From Bacillota bacterium (GTDB taxonomy: Bacteria > Bacillota > Bacilli > Paenibacillales > JBEGSW01): a stretch of DNA of 64,000 bases. The notes beneath the pieces are model-generated. The model searched no databases and was not told the origin of the DNA. It saw only the letters and a program-made list of their open reading frames with translations. A program made the position numbers and the translations under genes. The stretch's first letter is position 1, and each line of letters opens with the position of its first letter. Shown one piece after another: positions 57,871 to 64,000 of this stretch. The stretch spans positions 8,990 to 72,989 of the forward strand of contig JBEGSW010000060.1 in assembly GCA_041179705.1 (NCBI GenBank), read 5' to 3'.

Positions 57871-59445
57871 TTATCTTAGATAATGATTATTTGAATCTTG
57901 TTGTGACCATTCTTCTACATTCCATACGCGACTAACCCAACCCTCATAGAAGTCTGGTTCGTGACAAACGATAATGACCGTTCCCTTATAGGCTTGAAGA
58001 GCACGCTGAAGCTCTGCTTTTGCTACTACATCCAAGTGGTTCGTCGGCTCATCCATGAGTAACCAATTGGATTCTCGCATCATTAATTTACAAAGTCGAA
58101 CTTTTGCTTGTTCACCACCACTTAATTTGTTAAGTGGACGTGTAATATGCTCGTTCTTAAGACCACAACGTGCAAGTGCAGCGCGAACTTCGTGCTGATT
58201 CATACTTGAGAATTCGTTCCAAACATCATCAATCGGCGTTAAATTTCCGGATTTTACTTCTTGTTCGAAGTATCCCGGTGTTAAGAAGTCACCACGTTCT
58301 ACTTTTCCTTCATACGGGCTGATTTTCCCTAACAATGTCTTTAATAATGTCGATTTCCCTACACCATTACATCCGGTAATTGCAATTTTTTCACCACGTT
58401 CAACCGTTACAGCCATTTGTGGCAATGGTAATGGTTCATTGTATCCAATACGCAAGTCTTTCGCTTCAACTACATAGCGGCTACTTGCTCTTGTCTCTTT
58501 GAACTCAAATGTCGGTTTAACATTCTCTTCTGGGCGATCAATACGTTCAATCCGATTGAGTTGTTTTTCACGGCTTTTTGCTCGACCAGATGTCGAATAA
58601 CGAGCTTTATTTCGTTGAATAAAGTCTTCTTGTTTTTTTATAAATTCTTGTTGCTTCTCGTATGCATCAATATGCTGATTTTTATTCATTTCAGACATTT
58701 CAAGGAACTTTTCATAGTTCGCCGTATAACGTGTAACTTTACTAAATTCCAAGTGATAGATAATTGTTACAACATCATTCATAAATTCCGTGTCATGTGA
58801 AATTAAAATGAAAGCATATGGATAATCCTGTAAATATTTCTTCAGCCATTCAATATGTTCAACGTCTAAGTAGTTTGTCGGCTCATCTAATAACAAAACT
58901 GTCGGGCGTTCAAGTAACAACTTAGCAAGTAAAACCTTTGTACGCTGTCCACCACTCAATGCAGTGACATCTCGATCTAGTCCAATTACTCCAAGACCTA
59001 AACCATTTGCAGTCTCTTCTACCTTTACATCAATCATATAGAAACCACTATCTTCAAGTCGGCCTTGAATCTCACCCATTTCTTCTAATAGTGCTTCAAG
59101 TTCTTCCGGATTTGCATCACCCATTAATTCATAAATCTGTGTTAAACGCTTTTCTTGTTCAAAGAGAGGTAAAAACGCTGTCTTTAATACATCACGGATT
59201 GTTAATCCTGGTTGTAACACAGTGTGTTGATCTAAATAGCCGTATTGTACGCGAGGTGTCCATTCAATCTTACCTTCATCTTTCAAGATGCTACCCGTTA
59301 TTAAGTTCATCATTGTAGATTTGCCAGCTCCATTAGCACCAACGATGCCAACGTGCTCCCCAGCTAACAAACGGAAAGAAACATCTTTAAAAAGGACGCG
59401 GCCGCCATAACTATGACTCAATCCTTCGACCGTTAATAAACTCAT
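57871..59445 (-). CDS. ABC-F family ATPase, YfmM-like (housekeeping type)
   Basis: 524 aa, two ABC domains (GIVGANGAGKST; ITGCNGVGKSTL) with a short inter-domain linker and no TMD. Confidence 0.85.
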   Translation of the reverse strand: MSLLTVEGLSHSYGGRVLFKDVSFRLLAGEHVGIVGANGAGKSTMMNLITGSILKDEGKIEWTPRVQYGYLDQHTVLQPGLTIRDVLKTAFLPLFEQEKRLTQIYELMGDANPEELEALLEEMGEIQGRLEDSGFYMIDVKVEETANGLGLGVIGLDRDVTALSGGQRTKVLLAKLLLERPTVLLLDEPTNYLDVEHIEWLKKYLQDYPYAFILISHDTEFMNDVVTIIYHLEFSKVTRYTANYEKFLEMSEMNKNQHIDAYEKQQEFIKKQEDFIQRNKARYSTSGRAKSREKQLNRIERIDRPEENVKPTFEFKETRASSRYVVEAKDLRIGYNEPLPLPQMAVTVERGEKIAITGCNGVGKSTLLKTLLGKISPYEGKVERGDFLTPGYFEQEVKSGNLTPIDDVWNEFSSMNQHEVRAALARCGLKNEHITRPLNKLSGGEQAKVRLCKLMMRESNWLLMDEPTNHLDVVAKAELQRALQAYKGTVIIVCHEPDFYEGWVSRVWNVEEWSQQDSNNHYLR

Positions 59446-59545
59446 TTCTATATATCTCCTATCATTTCATGATTGTCTTTAAACCTTGAATATTATAGCA
59501 TAGATTGCATAGAAAATTGTAGTTCGTTTAAGGAGGAGATTGAGG

Positions 59546-59839
59546 ATGGGTGTTCGTTTTAACCGTGAATATGAAGACATTCTTAAAGATTTTACGGAGG
59601 CGTTAGCTTCGATTGAGGATAGCGCAGCATTTGTTGAAATGGAAGTATCTGAATGGAAGCAATTAAAGCCCACAATACGCAAAGAAATTGCGCAGACGAT
59701 TGCGGACGATTTGTTCTTTGCATTAGGTGAAGACGCGATTATAGATTTTGGCCAAACGAAAGCAGTCTATGATCCGACTTCTCATGAAATTGCGCTAATT
59801 AAAGCCAAAGGTGAGAAAATTACAATTAAATTGATTTAA
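59546..59839 (+). CDS. Hypothetical protein (97 aa)
   Basis: ATG 8 nt after AAGGAGGA; MGVRFNREYEDILKDFTEALASIEDSAAF.... Followed by a strong hairpin. No family recognised. Confidence 0.6.
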   Translation: MGVRFNREYEDILKDFTEALASIEDSAAFVEMEVSEWKQLKPTIRKEIAQTIADDLFFALGEDAIIDFGQTKAVYDPTSHEIALIKAKGEKITIKLI

Positions 59840-59844
59840 TAAAT

Positions 59845-59887
59845 AAAGGATTCTCTTCTGGTTGAGATAACCAAGAAAGAATCCTTT
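59845..59887. terminator. Bidirectional terminator (97-aa ORF / YciI-like gene)
   Basis: AAAGGATTCTCTTCTGGTT-gagat-AACCAAGAAAGAATCCTTT long imperfect stem. Confidence 0.75.
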
Positions 59888-59890
59888 CGT

Positions 59891-60157
59891 TTATTTACAT
59901 TCAGTTGCTGCCCATTCACGAATTAAATAATGTCGTGCATCATGGATGATAAATGGATCCTGTTTTACTAGTTCTTCTACTTCTTCGTACGTCTCGCCAT
60001 AATAAATAACCATTCCACCCCAGCCATCAACAAAGCGACCGTAGCTATATAATTTACCTTGATTGGCAAGTTCTTCTAAGTAGGCCAAATGTTCTGCGCG
60101 GTATTTCACACTTAATTCTTCACTTTTCATTTCAAGAAATACGACATAATGTTTCAT
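59891..60157 (-). CDS. YciI-like family protein
   Basis: 88 aa, MKHYVVFLEM...HLAYLEELANQGKLYSYGRF...DPFI pattern typical of YciI. Confidence 0.75.
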   Translation of the reverse strand: MKHYVVFLEMKSEELSVKYRAEHLAYLEELANQGKLYSYGRFVDGWGGMVIYYGETYEEVEELVKQDPFIIHDARHYLIREWAATECK

Positions 60158-60177
60158 TAATCATTTCCCAACTTTCA

Positions 60178-60792
60178 TTATAATTTAGTTATGACTTGTT
60201 TAAGTTGAATAAAATATTCATCGGATTGCGGTGTGAAATCATCTTTCATTGCCTGGAACATTACTTCATCGTAGTGTTCGGTTTCTACATTCCATTGTAA
60301 GCCAGTTACCGGAATCGAAGAAACTGATCCGTCCATTAAATCAAAAAACGCCTGCACGGGAACTTGGAAAATACCTGTAACTTCTTCTTTTTGTAAACTG
60401 TATTCATGAAGCTCTTGTTGTTCATGAAGTATGAATAAATGACACACTTCTTTATCTTTCCAGTGCGGTTCAATATGTTGTTGTTTGACCGTCCCACAAC
60501 TAACAAGCGATTCGAAAGGGACAATTAAACCAAGTTCTTCTTCAATCTCTCTGACACCATCTGCAACAGTTTCCCCTGCCATCAAGTGACCTGCACTTGA
60601 CTTATCCAATTTATTGGGAAAAGCTTCTTTATTCGGGTGTCTTCGTTGTACAAGCCAATATTTTTCACCATTTACGATACGATAAATCCAACATTGAAAG
60701 GTATGGTGCCATAAACCCAACGTATGCGTATCTAAACGAGAGGCTGTACCAATCGAATTAAATTCATCATCAAATACATCAAAATACTCCAT
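60178..60792 (-). CDS. NUDIX hydrolase
   Basis: Nudix box GHLMAGETVADGVREIEEELGL (GX5EX7REUXEEXGU). 204 aa. RBS GGAGGT. Confidence 0.88.
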   Translation of the reverse strand: MEYFDVFDDEFNSIGTASRLDTHTLGLWHHTFQCWIYRIVNGEKYWLVQRRHPNKEAFPNKLDKSSAGHLMAGETVADGVREIEEELGLIVPFESLVSCGTVKQQHIEPHWKDKEVCHLFILHEQQELHEYSLQKEEVTGIFQVPVQAFFDLMDGSVSSIPVTGLQWNVETEHYDEVMFQAMKDDFTPQSDEYFIQLKQVITKL

Positions 60793-60914
60793 TTTCGTTT
60801 ACCTCCAAGTTCGTTAACACTTATTTTAACGCGTGATCAACGCTTTGTCATTTGATAATCGATATGAAATTAGTTACCATAGTATGTATCGAATCTATAA
60901 ATGAGGTGTAAATA

Positions 60915-61124
60915 TTGGGTTTAGTTGATATTACAGAAGTATCACGAGCATTCTTTATTACTACTGCTCTATTTATTGTTATGACGTTATCATTTTTGAG
61001 TCTTGCTTTTGTTACACTTGTTAATAACAAGAAAAAGAATGCGCTTGTATACTTCGTATTAGGCATAAGTGCAGCAATTACTTACGGAATTCTCGTCCTA
61101 ACTTGGTTGCAAGATACGATGTAA
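60915..61124 (+). CDS. Small membrane protein (69 aa, two predicted TM helices)
   Basis: TTG start after GAGGTG; AFFITTALFIVMTLSFLSLAFVTLV and ALVYFVLGISAAITYGILVLTWL. Terminator follows. Confidence 0.55.
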   Translation: MGLVDITEVSRAFFITTALFIVMTLSFLSLAFVTLVNNKKKNALVYFVLGISAAITYGILVLTWLQDTM

Positions 61125-61129
61125 TGGAT

Positions 61130-61161
61130 AGACCGCCAAAGAGTTTGGCGGTCTTTTTTTA
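61130..61161. terminator. Terminator between the small membrane ORF and the rhodanese gene
   Basis: AGACCGCCAAA-gag-TTTGGCGGTCT followed by TTTTTTT. Confidence 0.85.
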
Positions 61162-61164
61162 CGG

Positions 61165-61998
61165 TCATTTTGTCGAAATTGGATTGTCATCATAGGAAAT
61201 CCAATCACTCCAACTACCCGGATATAGCTTTACATTTGTAAACCCCGCCATCATTAATGCAACAACATTTGGGCATGCCGTAACGCCTGAACCACAGTAA
61301 ACAATAATCGCATCATCTTTTAAGTGTTTAGCAAAGCGTTCAGCTTGCGCCTCAGATGATTTCCAATTTCCACCTTCATCCTGTCCTTCACGCCAAAAAT
61401 AATGGATTGCCCCGGGAATGTGACCGGCAATCCGATCAATCGGCTCTTCTAAACCCAAAAATCGCTTTTCTTCTCGTGAGTCAATTAATGTGATTTCTGG
61501 ATTATTTAAATGACTTTTTATTTCATTCATTGCTGCAATTTGTACGAGTGATGCTCCAACTTGATAAGTTGTAGGTATACGAATGGATGGCGTCGTTTGT
61601 TCGATCGGATAATTACTATCTAACCAATCATTAAATGATTCTTTAAGAATATATACCTGCTCGTGTCCAATTAATTTCATTAAAAACCACATTCTACTTG
61701 CCATTGCACCAGACTGATTGTCATATATAACAACCCTCATCTGTGAGTGTATGCCAACGGCAGCTAATTTCGAAGCGAAATCTTCACGATTTGGCAGAGG
61801 GTGTCTTCCCCCATGTCGCCCAACAATGCCGGATAAATCACGATCTAAATCAAAATGAATAGCGCCAGGAATTCGCTTTTCATCATATTCCAATCTACCT
61901 AATTCTGGTTGATTAAGGTAAAATCTGCAATCAACGATTGCAAGGTCCGTTTCATAAAGCCTAGCTAATAACCATTGCTTCGATACGATGATATTCAT
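61165..61998 (-). CDS. Sulfurtransferase with tandem rhodanese domains (3-mercaptopyruvate/thiosulfate type)
   Basis: 277 aa from the ATG after GGAGGCTG. Active-site loop CGSGVTAC in the second domain. The ORF-track start at 62043 is an extension. Confidence 0.88.
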   Translation of the reverse strand: MNIIVSKQWLLARLYETDLAIVDCRFYLNQPELGRLEYDEKRIPGAIHFDLDRDLSGIVGRHGGRHPLPNREDFASKLAAVGIHSQMRVVIYDNQSGAMASRMWFLMKLIGHEQVYILKESFNDWLDSNYPIEQTTPSIRIPTTYQVGASLVQIAAMNEIKSHLNNPEITLIDSREEKRFLGLEEPIDRIAGHIPGAIHYFWREGQDEGGNWKSSEAQAERFAKHLKDDAIIVYCGSGVTACPNVVALMMAGFTNVKLYPGSWSDWISYDDNPISTK

Positions 61999-62097
61999 TT
62001 TGCAGCCTCCACTATTGGTAATGATTTTTTGACTTCTAATCATTCTTTCTTTAATATTGTAAAGTATTTAATATATGAGCAAAGACAGGAGAAAAAA

Positions 62098-63546
62098 ATG
62101 ACAGACAATCAATCTATACGTTCTATTTTAGCACCACTTACTGCCATTATCGTTGGTTTGTTTATGGTTATTTTAGATGGAACTGCAATGAATGTAATGA
62201 TTCCCAAGTTAGTTGAAGAATTCGGACAAGGTTTAACCACGGTTCAATGGACGGTAACAGGTTATATGTTAGCCCAGGCTGCTGTTATTCCGCTTGCTGG
62301 TTGGTTATCTGACCGTTTTGGTGCTAAAAAGATTTTCTTGCTTTCTGTGGCAATGTTTACGGTTGGATCGCTGTTATGTGCGCTTTCAAATAGCATTGAA
62401 CAACTTATATTTTATCGTGTCCTACAAGGTTTAGGTGGTGGTATGGTAATGCCAATCGCAATGGCCTTTACGTATCGCCTTAGCCCTCCAGGCAAGGTTG
62501 GTGCTGTAATGGGCATGATGGGTATTCCTATTCTACTCGCTCCTGCATTTGGACCTGTGCTATCCGGTTGGATGGTTGATTTCGCAACATGGCATTGGAT
62601 TTTCCTGATTAACCTTCCAATTGGTTTAGTTGGAGTAATTATCGGAGCGAAGACGTTACCTTCGATTTCCAAGCAGAGTGTTGCTGAACTTGATATTTTA
62701 GGTATTATATTTGGTCCAATTGCTTTTGCAGCTCTTGTATATGGTATTTCACAAGGTGGTACGAGCTGGACCTCATGGAAGACATTTACGGGATTAGGGA
62801 TTGGTATTTTATCACTACTTATATTCATAATTGTTGAACTACGTCGACAAAACCCGCTACTTGAACTACGTGTATTTAAATCCAAACAATTTACGCAAGC
62901 AGTAATTGTACAGTGGATTGCACAAATTGCATTGTTTGGTACATTGTTCTTATTCCCATTATTCTTACAAAGTGCGAAAGGTTACACAGCATTTGATACT
63001 GGATTAATGTTACTACCTCAAGCACTTTCTGCTGGTTTAATGATGCCATTTAGTGGGAAGTTATTTGATCGATTCGGTGCGAGGTATCTTGTCTTAGGTG
63101 GTATGTTAATCGTAACTGCAGCTGGTTTACTTATCTCGAATGTTGATGTAAACACATCGACAGCCACGATGATTATTCCACTAATTATGCTTGGTTTAGG
63201 GATGGGAACATTCATGATGCCACTCAATACTCATATTATCCAAGCAGCCCCACAAAATTTGGTTGGACGTGTGACTTCACTAACAAATGCAGCACAGCAA
63301 GTTGTTTCGTCATTCGCAGTAGCTGGATTAACTACGATTTTATCTAAACAGATGGAAACTGCAATTAAAGCTGGCAAAACGATGGATTTAGCATGGTCCG
63401 ATTCTTTTTCCACAACCTTCTTAGTGCAAGTTGGAATTGCGATTATTGGCGCCGGTCTAGCACTTCTGTTACGTAAACCCAAATCATCGATTGCAGAGGA
63501 TGCATCTCAAGAAGAAGCGCAAAGCGCAACATACATGGCTCACTAA
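62098..63546 (+). CDS. MFS transporter, DHA2 (EmrB/QacA, 14-TMS) family
   Basis: ATG after AGGAGA. Motif A GWLSDRFGAKKIF, ~14 hydrophobic segments, 482 aa. Confidence 0.88.
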   Translation: MTDNQSIRSILAPLTAIIVGLFMVILDGTAMNVMIPKLVEEFGQGLTTVQWTVTGYMLAQAAVIPLAGWLSDRFGAKKIFLLSVAMFTVGSLLCALSNSIEQLIFYRVLQGLGGGMVMPIAMAFTYRLSPPGKVGAVMGMMGIPILLAPAFGPVLSGWMVDFATWHWIFLINLPIGLVGVIIGAKTLPSISKQSVAELDILGIIFGPIAFAALVYGISQGGTSWTSWKTFTGLGIGILSLLIFIIVELRRQNPLLELRVFKSKQFTQAVIVQWIAQIALFGTLFLFPLFLQSAKGYTAFDTGLMLLPQALSAGLMMPFSGKLFDRFGARYLVLGGMLIVTAAGLLISNVDVNTSTATMIIPLIMLGLGMGTFMMPLNTHIIQAAPQNLVGRVTSLTNAAQQVVSSFAVAGLTTILSKQMETAIKAGKTMDLAWSDSFSTTFLVQVGIAIIGAGLALLLRKPKSSIAEDASQEEAQSATYMAH

Positions 63547-63571
63547 ATTATAGTTAATTATTGTTAAATGA

Positions 63572-63606
63572 AAATCCCCATTCGAATTTATTTCGAATGG
63601 GGATTT
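63572..63606. terminator. Bidirectional terminator between convergent MFS genes
   Basis: AAATCCCCATTCGAA-tttat-TTCGAATGGGGATTT perfect 15-bp stem. Confidence 0.9.
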
Positions 63607-63610
63607 GTTG

Positions 63611-64000
63611 TTATTGCTCTATAATTTCCTGCTTTCCTCTCGTTAGATCAACTTTACTAAGTAAGAAAATACCGGCCAAGAAAAAGACAATCAGTGCAAG
63701 AATTCCATATCGACTCGAACCAGCAAGTAACCCTACAGTTGAAAATACAAGTGGACCTAATATTGATGAAAATTTACTTGATAAATTTAAGAATCCAAAG
63801 AATTCTGCGGTCTTTTCCTTCGGTACAAGATTACTGAAAATTGAGCGTGCAATGGCTTGACTACCTCCTTGTACGACACCGACCATGATCGCAAGGAGAT
63901 AAAAATGAAGTGCTGATTGCATGAAGTACCCAAGAATAACTATTAAGACATAAATCCATAATGTTAGAATTAATGTCTTCTTACTCGACCACTTTTCTGC
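63611..64000 (-). CDS. MFS transporter (UMF1/YxiO-like), C-terminal part only; continues beyond the window
   Basis: Reading frame stays open past the listed Met to nt 64000 (AEKWSSKKTLILTLWIYVLIVILGYFMQSALHF...); hydrophobic helices. Confidence 0.8.
   Translation of the reverse strand, partial: AEKWSSKKTLILTLWIYVLIVILGYFMQSALHFYLLAIMVGVVQGGSQAIARSIFSNLVPKEKTAEFFGFLNLSSKFSSILGPLVFSTVGLLAGSSRYGILALIVFFLAGIFLLSKVDLTRGKQEIIEQ

Noticed and set aside
57871-59445. ABC-F protein considered as an antibiotic-resistance (ARE) determinant.
   Set aside because: It resembles the housekeeping YfmM type, with a short linker. It has no regulatory leader and no mobile context.
59462-59470. Mini-ORF ATG-AAA-TGA (minus strand) just upstream of the YfmM-like ABC-F RBS, considered as an ARE-type leader peptide / attenuator.
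   Set aside because: The leader is only ~45 nt and has no terminator/antiterminator alternative. The ABC-F has a short housekeeping-type linker, so there is no support for antibiotic-sensing attenuation.
62412-62885. 157-aa minus-strand ORF.
   Set aside because: It is the antisense shadow of the DHA2 MFS transporter gene. The other internal antisense ORFs of 60-130 aa in the track (e.g. 12732-13094, 26741-27130, 41225-41584, 48760-49113, 11467-11793) were rejected on the same grounds.
1-64000. Search for rRNA, tRNA, CRISPR arrays, IS/transposase genes, riboswitch/T-box leaders and defence-system gene clusters.
   Set aside because: No intergenic region exceeds ~260 bp, and all are accounted for by promoters, leaders and terminators. 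No protein shows nuclease/helicase/methylase/TIR/STAND-type defence signatures, so none is claimed.

Overview
This is a 64-kb chromosomal window from a low-GC, endospore-forming member of the Bacilli. I cannot name the genus, and GC looks like the high 30s % by eye only. Nt 1-46073 is core backbone, with 41 CDSs all on the + strand. The gene order is that of the B. subtilis rasP-proS-polC-rimP-nusA-infB-rbfA-truB-ribF-rpsO-pnp-spoVF-asd-dapA-rnj-ftsK-...-recA-rny-ymdB-...-miaB-ricA region. Lineage-specific differences from B. subtilis are:

- an archaeal-type ProRS in the proS slot
- a DHH phosphoesterase instead of ylxP
- dut inserted before dpaAB
- rimO before pgsA
- recX after recA
- M19 dipeptidase + korAB + pduL where B. 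subtilis has spoVS-tdh-kbl

After ricA the expected cotE-mutS-mutL is replaced by a small accessory block, still on the + strand: a GNAT, an HK/LuxR two-component pair and arsRBC. At about 50.4 kb the coding strand flips, and 10 of the remaining 14 CDSs are on the - strand. These comprise a KinB-like kinase, a XerS-like tyrosine recombinase, two acidic unknown proteins, two housekeeping ABC-F ATPases flanking an M20 peptidase, YciI, NUDIX, a rhodanese and MFS pumps.

I found no rRNA, tRNA, CRISPR array, IS element, prophage or defence-island hallmarks, and I cannot support a clear multi-gene novel system. The most interesting signal is a probable replication terminus / chromosome-dimer-resolution locus. 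It rests on the abrupt strand switch, three GAGAAGGG (SRS-type) octamers converging on 49.7-51.2 kb, and a streptococcal-type XerS-like single recombinase preceded by a partially difSL-like sequence. Next to it lie two uncharacterised acidic proteins. All calls come from reading the ORF translations and the raw sequence; no searches or computations were run.
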